A stretch of DNA of 62,510 nt, counting the filler. It is 7 parts of 7 records of this genome, joined end to end, with 100 filler letters (N's around TTAATTAATTAA, not from the genome) between each part and the next. Parts side by side here need not be neighbours in the genome. Positions count along the whole stretch, not along the records: positions 16,377 to 26,643 come from SRR31156797_70724; positions 26,744 to 31,804 come from SRR31156797_70734; 5 more parts are not named here. One strand, written 5' to 3'. Of this stretch, positions 19,703 through 29,367 are shown in pieces. Every line of letters starts with the position of its first letter. Position 1 is the stretch's first letter. The notes below the pieces were generated by a model. The model saw only the letters and a program-made list of their open reading frames with translations. It was not told the origin of the DNA and made no database searches. The position numbers and the translations under genes were made by a program.

Positions 19703-20482
19703 GTGAAAAATAGTGTTGAATTTAAAGTAACGGGTCGGCATGCCTTGTTTACCGACCCCGTAACCAGAATGGGTGGTGAAAAATGTTCGTACCACATTCC
19801 CACATACGAAGCATTAAAAGGGATTTTGAAGTCCGTGTACTGGAAGCCTACGTTGATCTGGATAATCGATGAAGTTCGGATAATGAAACCGATAAAGACG
19901 GAAGCCAAAAGCGTTAAGCCATTAAATTACAATGGAATTTACCCTTCTCAACGAGACCCGATAAAAAAGCAAGAAGCATTCAATACCTTGGCGGTGTATA
20001 CGTATCTTGCTAATGTCGAATATCAGGTAAAGGCACACTTTAAGTGGAATTTGTTCCGCGAAGATATGGCCGCGGATCGCATCAATGGAAAACATTTTCA
20101 GATTGCAAAGAGAATGATTGATAAGGGGGGGAGACAGGATATCTTTCTCGGCGCTCGAGAGTGTCAGGGTTATGTTGAACCGTGTGTTTTCGGGGAAGGA
20201 GATAGCGCATATGATGATATTGAGCGCTTAGATTACGGCATTATGTTTCATGGGTTTGACTATCCGGATGAAACAGGGAAAACGGACGAAAATGGCAAGC
20301 CCGATAAAGCTGGGACATATCGCCTTCATAGTCGATTCTGGAAACCGGTCATGCAAAAAGGAACAATCAAGTTTATCCGACCTGAACAATGCACCATGCG
20401 GAAATTTGTGCGCGAAATGATACCCAACCCTCCACAATCCAAAGGTCTTAATGAGGAGGCACTGCAAAATGAGCTGGATTGA
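19703..20482 (+). CDS. cas5: Type I-C Cas5 (Cas5d)
   Basis: ALFTDP, SYHIPTYEALKGIL, YWKP, FLGAREC. Confidence 0.95.
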   Translation: MKNSVEFKVTGRHALFTDPVTRMGGEKCSYHIPTYEALKGILKSVYWKPTLIWIIDEVRIMKPIKTEAKSVKPLNYNGIYPSQRDPIKKQEAFNTLAVYTYLANVEYQVKAHFKWNLFREDMAADRINGKHFQIAKRMIDKGGRQDIFLGARECQGYVEPCVFGEGDSAYDDIERLDYGIMFHGFDYPDETGKTDENGKPDKAGTYRLHSRFWKPVMQKGTIKFIRPEQCTMRKFVREMIPNPPQSKGLNEEALQNELD

Positions 20483-22430
20483 AAAACTTTATCAAACATA
20501 TGAAAATAACACTGATAAAATTGGCGATAAGAAGGATAAAACACCACTTTTGCCTCTTTTTCATACAACAAAAAAACGAGCACATGTGGAGATCATATTG
20601 GATGGAGATGGTTCATTTAGACGGGCATCCGTTATACCCGAAGATACCGCAAAAACAATATTACCTGCCACGGAAAACTCTGCGGGAAGAACCAGTGGGT
20701 GTGCCCCTCATCCTTTAGCAGATCAATTGCAATATGTTGCTGCTGATTACAATCAATTTGGTGGATCGAAAAACCCCTATTTTGAGGGGTTTCTAAATAA
20801 GAAAAAGAAATATGTAGATGGATTTAAGGATTTGTTGAAAAAGTGGACCGAGTCTGGATTCGCATGCCTAAAAGTTAAAGCAGTTTATCAATACATAACA
20901 AAAGAGACTTTGATTTCAGATTTGGAATCCGAGAAAGTGCTTCATGTTGATGAAAGCGGCAAATTGATGAATTCATGGAAAGGTAAACGAAACGAGAAAC
21001 CTGCTATTTTTAATGCACTCGGGCAAGGACAAAAACAAGTGGATGCATTTGTGCGTTGGCGTGTTGAAATTCCAGGAGACCCCTCCTCTGAACTTCAGTA
21101 TGACAATATCGTTTGGCAAAGCTGGATTAATTATTATTTGAGCACAAGATCTCAAAAAACATTTTGCTATGTGACCGGAAAATCAAGGTGGCAACCAGAA
21201 CAATATCCACGAATGATTAGGTCAGATAACGACGGCGCAAAGCTTGTCTCATCAAATGATACCTCAGGATATACTTTCCGAGGCCGTTTCACTGATGAGC
21301 ACCAAGTTTGCGGAGTTGGCGTTGAAATTGCGCAGAAAGCTCATAGTGCCCTGCGATGGTTAATCCCCCGACAAGGTAACGTTATTAGGGTAAAAGGGGA
21401 ACCACAATTGGCAATTGTTGCGTGGGCGGTGTCTGGGGCAACGGTTCCCGATCCATTGGCGGACAGTGAGGAATTGTTAAGCGATGTTACCTCAAAAAAT
21501 GATGCGGAAAATATAATGAAAAGCTTTTCCGGATTCACTGCACAGGATTTCGGAATTCGACTTACCAAATACCTTTCAGGTTATTCAGTGAAACTGGGTT
21601 CAACAGATGAGATTATTGTGATGGGTGTGGACTCGGCCACACCCGGACGTATGGCTGTCACCTATTATCGGGAATTGACTGGTTCCGATTTTCTGCAACG
21701 AATTCAATCATGGCATATGGGTTGTGCCTGGCTTCAGCGGTTCTCAAAAAGCAAGACCTTTTTCGGCGCACCCGCTCCCAGAGACATTGCCCAGGCGGCT
21801 TACGGCACAAAGGATGGTGATAAAATCAAGCTGGATGATAACCTTCAGAAAACAATGGTTGAGCGTTTAATCCCCTGTATTATAGATGGTGCACCATTGC
21901 CTTGGGACATTATTGATTCATGCATAAAGAAAGCGACGCAAAGACAAAGTCTGCCTGATTGGGCCTGGCAGAAAACTTTGGGGATAGCTTGCAGTCTTTA
22001 CCGATATTACTTCAAAGAAAAGGAGAATTTCACCATGGGATTAGAACGAGAACGAAAAACCAGAGAATATCTCTACGGGCGGTTGCTCGCAGTGGCGGAC
22101 TGCATTGAGAGTTGGGCTTTGAGAGAGGCAGGAGGTGATCCGCGTCAAACCAATGCTGCCCGCCTCATGCAACGTTTTGCGGATTATCCTTTTCAAACGT
22201 GGCGGACTATCAGATTGAGTTTGTCACCCTATATTGCTCGCATGGGTGCTCGTATAAGTAAACATTTGGCCGCAGAGGAAGAAATAATGAGTTCCTTCAA
22301 TATTGATGATTTCAACTTGAACGAGCCATTAACGGGAGAGTTTCTTTTAGGTTTTCACTGCCAAAGAATAGAACTTCATAAATCAATTAAGAATGATGGA
22401 AAGGAGAATTCATATGAGCTTAAAAAATAA
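20469..22430 (+). CDS. cas8c: Type I-C Cas8c (Csd1)
   Basis: MSWIEKLYQTYE, PHPLADQLQY, YLYGRLLA, FLLGFHCQ; lies between cas5 and cas7. Confidence 0.95.
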   Translation: MSWIEKLYQTYENNTDKIGDKKDKTPLLPLFHTTKKRAHVEIILDGDGSFRRASVIPEDTAKTILPATENSAGRTSGCAPHPLADQLQYVAADYNQFGGSKNPYFEGFLNKKKKYVDGFKDLLKKWTESGFACLKVKAVYQYITKETLISDLESEKVLHVDESGKLMNSWKGKRNEKPAIFNALGQGQKQVDAFVRWRVEIPGDPSSELQYDNIVWQSWINYYLSTRSQKTFCYVTGKSRWQPEQYPRMIRSDNDGAKLVSSNDTSGYTFRGRFTDEHQVCGVGVEIAQKAHSALRWLIPRQGNVIRVKGEPQLAIVAWAVSGATVPDPLADSEELLSDVTSKNDAENIMKSFSGFTAQDFGIRLTKYLSGYSVKLGSTDEIIVMGVDSATPGRMAVTYYRELTGSDFLQRIQSWHMGCAWLQRFSKSKTFFGAPAPRDIAQAAYGTKDGDKIKLDDNLQKTMVERLIPCIIDGAPLPWDIIDSCIKKATQRQSLPDWAWQKTLGIACSLYRYYFKEKENFTMGLERERKTREYLYGRLLAVADCIESWALREAGGDPRQTNAARLMQRFADYPFQTWRTIRLSLSPYIARMGARISKHLAAEEEIMSSFNIDDFNLNEPLTGEFLLGFHCQRIELHKSIKNDGKENSYELKK

Positions 22431-23238
22431 AATCGATTTTGCCGTTATATTCAAAGTTAAAAATGCTAATCCAAACGGAGATCCACTTAACGGAAACCGG
22501 CCTCGTACAAATTATGACAGGATCGGGGAAGTCTCAGATGTATGCATCAAACGAAAAATCAGAAACCGTCTCATGGAAGAAGGAAAACCAATTTTTGTCC
22601 AGTCAGATGACAATAAAATTGATGAGTGCAAAAATCTCCGTGAACGTGCTGAAATAATTCTGGATTCAAAAAAGTCTTCCATTGAGAATGCCAAGTTGGC
22701 TTGTGAAAAATGGTTTGATGTCCGAGCATTCGGTCAAGTTTTTGCGTATGGAGGAAATAAAAAAGGGACTGGGGTGTCAATCGGCGTAAGGGGACCGGTT
22801 TCGATTCATACGGCTTTTTCATTGTCTCCAGTGGATATTACAAGCACCCAGATCACCAAAAGCGTGAGTGGTGAGGGTGACGGATCGAAAAAAGGTTCCG
22901 ATACAATGGGAATGAAACATCGTGTGGATGAAGGGGTCTACGTTTTTTATGGCAGCATGAACCCTCAGCTGGCCACCAAAACTGACTTCAGTAATGAAGA
23001 CGCCTTGGCGATAAAAAATATTTTACCGAAACTTTTTGAAAATGATGCATCCTCCGCTCGCCCGGAAGGGAGCATGGAAGTCTTAAAACTGGTTTGGTGG
23101 GAGCATAATTGCCCACATGGGCAGTATTCATCAGCAAAAGTTCACAGAAGCCTTTCTGTCAATCCGGATGGTTCCCTGGACCCGAAAATGATTGAATCCC
23201 TTGATGGCTTGAAACCAGAGATTATTGATGGCTTTTGA
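22414..23238 (+). CDS. cas7: Type I-C Cas7 (Csd2)
   Basis: NPNGDP, SDVCIKRKIRN, DVRAFG, TMGMKH, FENDASSARP. Confidence 0.96.
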   Translation: MSLKNKIDFAVIFKVKNANPNGDPLNGNRPRTNYDRIGEVSDVCIKRKIRNRLMEEGKPIFVQSDDNKIDECKNLRERAEIILDSKKSSIENAKLACEKWFDVRAFGQVFAYGGNKKGTGVSIGVRGPVSIHTAFSLSPVDITSTQITKSVSGEGDGSKKGSDTMGMKHRVDEGVYVFYGSMNPQLATKTDFSNEDALAIKNILPKLFENDASSARPEGSMEVLKLVWWEHNCPHGQYSSAKVHRSLSVNPDGSLDPKMIESLDGLKPEIIDGF

Positions 23239-23278
23239 TTGTTCAATAATGCAGGAGTCTTGATCGGAGAACAAAACT

Positions 23279-23558
23279 GTGAACTACACCGAAAACAACC
23301 TCCTTCCCCCTATCCCGGCTCCAGTATCTGCTGTTCTGCGATCGCCAGTGCGTTCTTATCCACATAGGGCAATCGTGGGCCGAAAACCGTTTCACAGCTG
23401 AGGGGAGAGTCATGCACGAGAGCGTCGATAAAGAAGATCGGGAATTCAGATGCGGTATTCGGGTTGAATACAGCATGTCCTTGAAATCCCTTAGGTTCAA
23501 GCTCATTGGGAAAGCGGATGTGATGGAATTTCATCGAAACAGCGATCAACCTGGCTGA
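23279..23558 (+). pseudogene. cas4: Truncated, frameshifted 5' fragment of cas4
   Basis: Reads NYTENNLLP/LSRLQYLLFCDRQCVLIHIGQSWAENRFTAEGRVMHE...KADVMEFHRNSDQPG*, paralogous to the intact cas4. It has an extra C in a C5 run and stops before the nuclease core is complete. Confidence 0.9.
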
Positions 23559-23621
23559 AAATGTGCGTCTTTTCAGTTTGATAACGAACCTAGGAAAGCT
23601 GGATAAGGACCATTATTAGAA

Positions 23622-23921
23622 CTACGCAACCTCTTTCAGCACTTTGACCTCTTTCCGAAGCCGTTCGCCTAGTTTCATGCGGGTGTTCTCGGTTTCGTAG
23701 TGGGCCTGGATACCAGTCCAGAATTCGACTGAGGTCCCGAAATAGCGAGCCAGGCGAAGGGCCGTATCAGCACTGAGCCCGGATTTTTCGTTACAGATTT
23801 TACTGATCCGCATAGCGGGCACATTGATATCAGCAGCGAGTCGGTACTGGCTGATGCCCATGGGCTTCAGAAATTCCTCCCGGAGGATTTCGCCGGGATG
23901 AATGGGGGGGAAATCTCTCAT
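23622..23921 (-). CDS. higA: HigA family antitoxin (HTH)
   Basis: PIHPGEILREEFLKPMGISQYRLA...ADTALRLARYFGTSVEFW. Confidence 0.95.
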   Translation of the reverse strand: MRDFPPIHPGEILREEFLKPMGISQYRLAADINVPAMRISKICNEKSGLSADTALRLARYFGTSVEFWTGIQAHYETENTRMKLGERLRKEVKVLKEVA

Positions 23922-23930
23922 GATTATACC

Positions 23931-24212
23931 TTAATGATAGTCTACGATTTCAACACTCTGAACATTGTCGCCACGCCATTCAAAGCAGACACGCCATTGT
24001 CGGTTGATGCGAATGGAATGTTGGCCCCTCCGGTTTCCGCTTAGAGCCTCCAGGCGGTTACCGGATGGGATGCGCAGGTCGTTCAGCGATTGGGCAAAAT
24101 GAAGCATTGTCAATTTACGCGCGGCCAAGCGCTGAATATCCTGAGGCAGCTTTTTTGAAAAGCGACCCCTAAAAAGCTTTTCAGTTTCGAGGCACTTGAA
24201 TGATGTGATCAT
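23931..24212 (-). CDS. higB: HigB/RelE family toxin
   Basis: MITSFK...DLRIPSGNRLEALSGNRRGQHSIRINRQWRVCFEW...VEIVDYH; toxin-first gene order. Confidence 0.95.
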   Translation of the reverse strand: MITSFKCLETEKLFRGRFSKKLPQDIQRLAARKLTMLHFAQSLNDLRIPSGNRLEALSGNRRGQHSIRINRQWRVCFEWRGDNVQSVEIVDYH

Positions 24213-24248
24213 TTTAATAAGAGTAACCTTTAAAGATACTATCGTCAA
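24213..24248. promoter_or_regulatory. Overlapping divergent promoters for higBA (-) and cas4 (+) with central palindrome
   Basis: Minus strand TTGACG-17-TACTCT-7nt-ATG(higB); plus strand TTAATA-17-TACTAT-5nt-ATG(cas4); palindrome CTTTAAAG at 24228-24235. Confidence 0.6.
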
Positions 24249-24898
24249 TGGTTATGATTTTTTCTGAAGACAATCTCCTTCCCCTCTCCGGCCTTCAGCA
24301 CCTGCTGTTCTGTGAACGCCAGTGTGCGCTCATACACATAGAACGGTTGTGGGCCGAAAACCGTCTTACGGCGGAGGGTAGGATAATGCATGAACGGGTC
24401 GACCGTGAAGACCGGGAAACCAGGGGCGCGGTCCGGGTGGAATACAGCATGGCATTGAGGTCCCTTCGTCTTGGGCTCATTGCCAAAGCCGACGTAGTGG
24501 AGTTTCACCGTAACAGAGACGATCCCGACGGACAATGGGTGCCATTTTCGGTGGAGTACAAACGCGGCAAGCCAAAAAAGGACAATTCCGACAAAGTGCA
24601 GCTATGCGCCCAAGCGCTTTGCATTGAGGAAATGCTTAATATTGAAGTGCCTTCGGGTGCTCTTTTTTATGGGAAAACCCGTCATCGACTAGATGTTGAT
24701 TTTGACGAAAGCTTGAGAACGGAGACGAAGGAAACCGCCAGGCGCTTTCATGCGCTTTTTGAAAATAGAGTAACACCAAAGGCACTATATTCAAAAAGAT
24801 GCGACAGCTGCTCCATGAAAAACCTTTGTCTTCCAAAGACTGTAAACAAGGCCAGATCAATTGAAAAATATCTTAGGGATGAAACGGTAGAGCTATGA
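24248..24898 (+). CDS. cas4: CRISPR-associated Cas4
   Basis: FCERQC, KADVVE, VEYKRG, QLCAQ, CDSCSMKNLC (Fe-S cysteines). Confidence 0.96.
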   Translation: MVMIFSEDNLLPLSGLQHLLFCERQCALIHIERLWAENRLTAEGRIMHERVDREDRETRGAVRVEYSMALRSLRLGLIAKADVVEFHRNRDDPDGQWVPFSVEYKRGKPKKDNSDKVQLCAQALCIEEMLNIEVPSGALFYGKTRHRLDVDFDESLRTETKETARRFHALFENRVTPKALYSKRCDSCSMKNLCLPKTVNKARSIEKYLRDETVEL

Positions 24899-25926
24899 AA
24901 AAACACCTGAACACATTGTTTGTAACGACCCAGGGAGCCTATCTGTCAAAGGAAGGTGAAACGGTTCTGGTCCGCGTGAAAAAGGAAACCCGGCTACGCG
25001 TTCCGATCCATACGTTGGGAGGGATTATATGCTTCGGGAATGTTCTTTGCAGCCCTTTTTTAATGGGATTTTGTGCAAAAAGAGATGTGACGGTCAGCTT
25101 TCTTTCAGAACACGGCCGTTTTCTTGCCAGAGTCCACGGGCCTGTATCCGGCAATGTGCTTTTGAGAAGGGAACAATATCGGCGTGCCGATGACCTGAAC
25201 ATATCGGCCCGAATGGCCAGATGGGTGTTAACCGGAAAGCTGGCAAATTGCCGAACCGTTTTGAAAAGGGGTTTGAGGGATCACGGTCAAAAATTGAACC
25301 ATGCTGAAGTTCAGGAAGCCACGAAAAGACTCGGCAATTCATTGGAAAATCTTCAAAACGGCCTGCCACTGAACAGTCTGCGGGGTATTGAAGGAGAGGC
25401 GGCTCATGCCTATTTCAGCGTCTTTGATCATTTGATTGTAAGCCAGAAAGATGCTTTTGTTTTCAAGGAAAGGAACCGCCGCCCGCCGCTTGATCGGGTC
25501 AATTGCCTGTTGTCTTTCATTTATACCCTGTTGGCCCATGATGTTCGATCAGCGCTTGAATCCGTTGGACTGGATCCGGCTGTGGGATTTCTGCACAGGG
25601 ACCGGCCGGGCAGGCCGGGTCTGGCCCTCGACATGATGGAGGAGTTTCGACCATTTCTGGCAGATCGGATGGTTTTCTCATTGATAAACTTGAATAAAGT
25701 TCAGAAGGGCGGTTTCACGGAGAGCCAATCCGGTGCCGTCCTGATGGATGATGAAACGCGAAAAACCGTTCTTGTGGCGTATCAGACACGTAAACAGGAT
25801 AAGATATTTCACCCTTTCATTGAGGAAAAAGTAACCATCGGCCTTCTGTTCCACATACAGGCCCTTTTGCTGGCCCGATACCTCAGAGGAGATCTGGATG
25901 GTTACCCGTGTTTTATCTGGAAATAG
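24895..25926 (+). CDS. cas1: Type I-C Cas1
   Basis: LNTLFVTTQG, LRGIEGEAA, RNRRPPLD, GFLH, LALDMMEEFR. Confidence 0.97.
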   Translation: MKKHLNTLFVTTQGAYLSKEGETVLVRVKKETRLRVPIHTLGGIICFGNVLCSPFLMGFCAKRDVTVSFLSEHGRFLARVHGPVSGNVLLRREQYRRADDLNISARMARWVLTGKLANCRTVLKRGLRDHGQKLNHAEVQEATKRLGNSLENLQNGLPLNSLRGIEGEAAHAYFSVFDHLIVSQKDAFVFKERNRRPPLDRVNCLLSFIYTLLAHDVRSALESVGLDPAVGFLHRDRPGRPGLALDMMEEFRPFLADRMVFSLINLNKVQKGGFTESQSGAVLMDDETRKTVLVAYQTRKQDKIFHPFIEEKVTIGLLFHIQALLLARYLRGDLDGYPCFIWK

Positions 25927-25935
25927 GTGAAGGAT

Positions 25936-26226
25936 ATGCTTGTTGTTGTCAGTTATGATGTCTCCACCGTAACACCGAAAGGACAGCGGCGTCTTAGAAG
26001 GGTAGCGAAAACTTGTAAAGACTACGGCCAACGTGTCCAGTTTTCTGTTTTCGAATGCGTTGTTGATCCGGCCCAGTGGGCAAAGTTTCGGCAGAAACTC
26101 ATTGACGAGATTAATCCCGAGAAAGACAGCCTTAGATTCTATTTTCTTGGCGCAAACTGGAAGCGACGGATAGAGCACATCGGAACAAAGAAAGTCAACG
26201 ATCCTGAGGGACCGCTGATCGTTTGA
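25936..26226 (+). CDS. cas2: Cas2
   Basis: VSYDV, RLRRVAK, RVQFSVFEC, DSLRFY. Confidence 0.96.
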   Translation: MLVVVSYDVSTVTPKGQRRLRRVAKTCKDYGQRVQFSVFECVVDPAQWAKFRQKLIDEINPEKDSLRFYFLGANWKRRIEHIGTKKVNDPEGPLIV

Positions 26227-26456
26227 TGGACCAGCGCGAACCCGATGCTTTCGATTTGAGGGTTGTTGTAAGTGTATGAAATGTCAAACTTTTTGGCTCA
26301 TTTTGGTGGAATTGGTTCGCGTCTTAACTTTTCTTTATAATTCCAAATGGTTACGCCTTATTGAAGCTGAACAACGATGAAAGGAGGGTCGGAAAGTTGG
26401 GGGTTCGCGTAAACGCTCCCGAAAAAGCTTTAAATCCAGCAAATTCCAGCGCTGGA

Positions 26457-26545
26457 GTCGCTCCCTATACGGGGGCGTGGATTGAAACACTGAGACCCAC
26501 AGGTTAATTTTGATTTTGCCGCTACGTCGCTCCCTGTACGGGGGC
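26457..26545 (+). CRISPR. Minimal type I-C array: one full repeat, one 37-nt spacer, one truncated repeat
   Basis: GTCGCTCCCTATACGGGGGCGTGGATTGAAAC (26457-26488), spacer 26489-26525, GTCGCTCCCTGTACGGGGGC (26526-26545). The leader 26227-26456 contains GCGAACC/GGTTCGC motifs. Confidence 0.88.
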
Positions 26546-26565
26546 CTTATTACCTTATCCTTGTT

Positions 26566-26587
26566 GTGCGGCTGAAGCCGCACCTAC
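26566..26587 (-). repeat. GTAG-type REP-like palindrome
   Basis: Minus strand reads GTAG-GTGCGGCT-TC-AGCCGCAC. Confidence 0.65.
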
Positions 26588-26643
26588 AAGTGGCATCACG
26601 CGCGTACCAGAGAGCATTGGAACTCTCCAACAGCCGTGATTTA

Positions 26644-26743
26644 NNNNNNNNNNNNNNNNNNNNNNNNNNNNNNNNNNNNNNNNNNNNTTAATTAATTAAN
26701 NNNNNNNNNNNNNNNNNNNNNNNNNNNNNNNNNNNNNNNNNNN
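26644..26743. other. Artificial contig linker
   Basis: N-run + TTAATTAATTAA + N-run. Confidence 0.99.
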
Positions 26744-27211
26744 CTGATCCTTATCTGCCCTTCAGACAAAGGGCATGTCCTGAGCGCTGAGGCCCTGGCT
26801 CGTCAGTGGCGCGAGAAGACGGGGCTAACCATCGAACTCAGGCCGCTGGAGGGGAGAGAGTTCTTCCGGGCCAGGCGGGAGGGGGATTACCATCTGGCTT
26901 CCGGGGGCTGGTCCTTTTCCTCCCCGGATCCTCTGTCCCTCCTGCTTCAGTTTCTGCCCGGCGCCCTGTACGGCGGTAGCGGGGGGAGGCAGTTTGAAAA
27001 GGCCTGCGTGGAAATCCTTGCCGAAGGGGATGACGCGGGGCGTCGCGAGAGCCTTGTGAGGGAAGCCGAAAGGGAGCTGCTCACGGGAGAGTCCCTGGTT
27101 CTGCCCCTGTTTTTCGATAGCCGGCCCCAGCTTCTCAGGTCGGTCCGCTGGAAGGGGCTCTCGCCGGCAGGCTGGCATCCGCCGCGCTTTTCCCGGCTTT
27201 ATCGATTGTAA
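26744..27211 (+). CDS. C-terminal part of a divergent family-5 (OppA-like) solute-binding protein, 5' truncated
   Basis: Open frame from the contig edge: AEALARQWREKTGL..RARREGDYHLASGGW..PDPLSLL..EAERELL..VLPLFF, which parallels the OppA C-terminus. Confidence 0.7.
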   Translation: MILICPSDKGHVLSAEALARQWREKTGLTIELRPLEGREFFRARREGDYHLASGGWSFSSPDPLSLLLQFLPGALYGGSGGRQFEKACVEILAEGDDAGRRESLVREAERELLTGESLVLPLFFDSRPQLLRSVRWKGLSPAGWHPPRFSRLYRL

Positions 27212-27586
27212 GAAAGAGTTCCTTCCAATTTGTAGGAATTGATGTTTCGCCCTCTCTCGAATCTGAATATTCTATGAACTTTATATATACAAAAAAAAGG
27301 GGCTATGTAGAAAAAAAAGAGTGTTCTGCATAAAGATACTTTCGATTCTTCATTGTCATGCATCTAATATGAATATAATCGTTTAATAGGTTAATATTTA
27401 TTCTGTTTGTTGCGGGAAGTGAATGATCCCGGTGCGCAAATTTCAACATTGACTAAGCAGGTTTGTGAGATTAGAGTAATATGATCGGGTTTTATATGCC
27501 TTGGGATTATTCAGTTCCTGACAGGACGACGATACTCTTATAAAAGGTTTTACCCGTATTCTATTTCACACACAAGGAGAAAGGAA

Positions 27587-29248
27587 GTGAAAAGAAATCT
27601 ATCTTACGCACTCGCTGCGCTTCTGGTTCTTCCCATGCTGTTGACCAGCTGCGGAAAGAAGGAAGAGGCTGCTGAAGTCGCAACAACCGAAGTCAAGGAA
27701 GCTCCCGCCGGCCCCGCCGTAATGAACTGGAACCTGGCTTCCGATCCCAAGTACATCGATCCCGGCCTCAACGGAGCCTCCGATGGCGGTGATATTATCA
27801 GCAATACCCACGAGGGACTCGTCCGCGAGAGAAGCGGTGAGGTCATCCCCGGCATCGCCAAGAGCTGGGATGTTTCCGAAGACGGAAAGGTCGTCACCTT
27901 CCACCTGAGAGAGTCCAAGTGGTCTGACGGTTCCCCCCTGACGGCTCATGACTTCGTATACGCCTGGAAGAGAGCCATCGATCCCGCCACGGCTTCCGAG
28001 TACGGATGGATCTGGCACTATACCAATGTCGTTAATGCGGAAGCCGCCAACAGCGGCGAGGTTTCCGTAGATGAAGTAGGGATCAAAGCTGTAGACGATC
28101 TGACCTTCGAGGTTACTCTGAGCTCTCCCACCGACTATTTCGTGTCCCTTACCTCTTTCTACCATTTTATGCCCGTAAAGCAGTCCTCCGTTGAGGATGC
28201 GAACGGCGGCGACGGCCTCTGGGCCAAAACCCCCGAACTGGCTGTTACCAACGGTGCCTACAAGCTGAGCTCTTATAAAGTGGGCGACGGCCTGACACTG
28301 GAAAAGAACGAGAACTACTGGAAGGCCGACGGCGTGGGTCTGGACGTGATCAATGTCAAATTCATCGACGCCGCTTCCACCGGTTACACCGCCTACCAGG
28401 CCGGCGAGTTCGACTTCCTCCACCAGAACTCCATCCCTCCCGCCGAGGTTCCCGCCCTGATCGCCGAGAACCCCGAGTTCTACGTATTCCCCCTTCTGGG
28501 AACCTATTACTACAACTTCAACATGGATCTTGATCTCTGGCAGGACGCAAGAGTCAGAAAGGCTCTGGCCATGGCCATTGACCGCGAGAAGATCGTAGAT
28601 GCCAAGGCCAGCGGCGAGGTCCCCGCTGCCGGATTTGTCCCTCCCGGAATGCCCGATAATCAGGGACGTGACTTCTTTGAAACCGCCGGTACCTACGGAC
28701 TGGCTACCGACGGCAGCACCATCGAAGCGGCTCAGAAGCTTCTGGCTGAAGCCGGATACCCCGGCGGAGAAGGTTTCCCCAAGTTCACCCTGATGTACAA
28801 TACGGCCGAAGGCCACCAGCTGGTCGCCGAAATGGTACAGGAGATGTGGAAGACCAATCTGGGGATCGAGTGTGATCTCGAGAACCAGGAGTGGGCCGTA
28901 TTCCAGGACACCAGAAAGGCCGGAGACTACCAGGTAGCCCGCGGCGGCTGGCTGACCGACTTCCTCGATCCCATGGGACTTTTGGCCATCTTCGTAGACG
29001 GAAACGACTACAACGATCCCAATTACAACAACCCTGCTTACAACGCGGCTCTTGCCAAGGCCTCCTCCACAACCGGCGCCGAGCATTTCAAGGCCCTGTA
29101 TGAAGCTCAGGAAATCCTTATGAGTGAAATGCCTATCGTTCCCGTGTATCACTACACCGACTACTTCCTCTCCAGCCCCCATCTGAAGGGCTGGGACAGG
29201 AGTATGCTGAGTCAGATGGACTTCACCACCGCTTACCTCGAAAAATAA
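27587..29248 (+). CDS. oppA: Oligopeptide ABC transporter substrate-binding lipoprotein
   Basis: Lipobox LTSC; PGIAKSWDVSEDG, KWSDGSPLTAHDF, RVRKALAMAIDR. Confidence 0.95.
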   Translation: MKRNLSYALAALLVLPMLLTSCGKKEEAAEVATTEVKEAPAGPAVMNWNLASDPKYIDPGLNGASDGGDIISNTHEGLVRERSGEVIPGIAKSWDVSEDGKVVTFHLRESKWSDGSPLTAHDFVYAWKRAIDPATASEYGWIWHYTNVVNAEAANSGEVSVDEVGIKAVDDLTFEVTLSSPTDYFVSLTSFYHFMPVKQSSVEDANGGDGLWAKTPELAVTNGAYKLSSYKVGDGLTLEKNENYWKADGVGLDVINVKFIDAASTGYTAYQAGEFDFLHQNSIPPAEVPALIAENPEFYVFPLLGTYYYNFNMDLDLWQDARVRKALAMAIDREKIVDAKASGEVPAAGFVPPGMPDNQGRDFFETAGTYGLATDGSTIEAAQKLLAEAGYPGGEGFPKFTLMYNTAEGHQLVAEMVQEMWKTNLGIECDLENQEWAVFQDTRKAGDYQVARGGWLTDFLDPMGLLAIFVDGNDYNDPNYNNPAYNAALAKASSTTGAEHFKALYEAQEILMSEMPIVPVYHYTDYFLSSPHLKGWDRSMLSQMDFTTAYLEK

Positions 29249-29276
29249 TTTTTTGAGTATCTTATGAAATAATCTC

Positions 29277-29312
29277 GAACTGTCTCTCTCCGTACGGGAG
29301 GGGCAGTTCTTG
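29277..29312 (+). terminator. Stem-loop after oppA (terminator or mRNA stabiliser)
   Basis: GAACTGTCTCTCTCC-GTAC-GGGAGGGGCAGTTC followed by a short T-rich tail. Confidence 0.55.
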
Positions 29313-29367
29313 TTATATAAACCTGAAATTTAATAAAACACAGCTTTCAGGTTAAGGAGATCCCTGT

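Noticed and set aside
22435-22448. Self-targeting of cas7 by the CRISPR spacer (shared GATTTTGCCG)
   Set aside because: Only about 10-12 nt match, at the PAM-distal end of the spacer; compatible with chance.
23239-23621. CreTA-like RNA toxin-antitoxin or mini-repeat inside the cas operon
   Set aside because: No repeat-like sequence was found; the region is explained by the cas4 relic.
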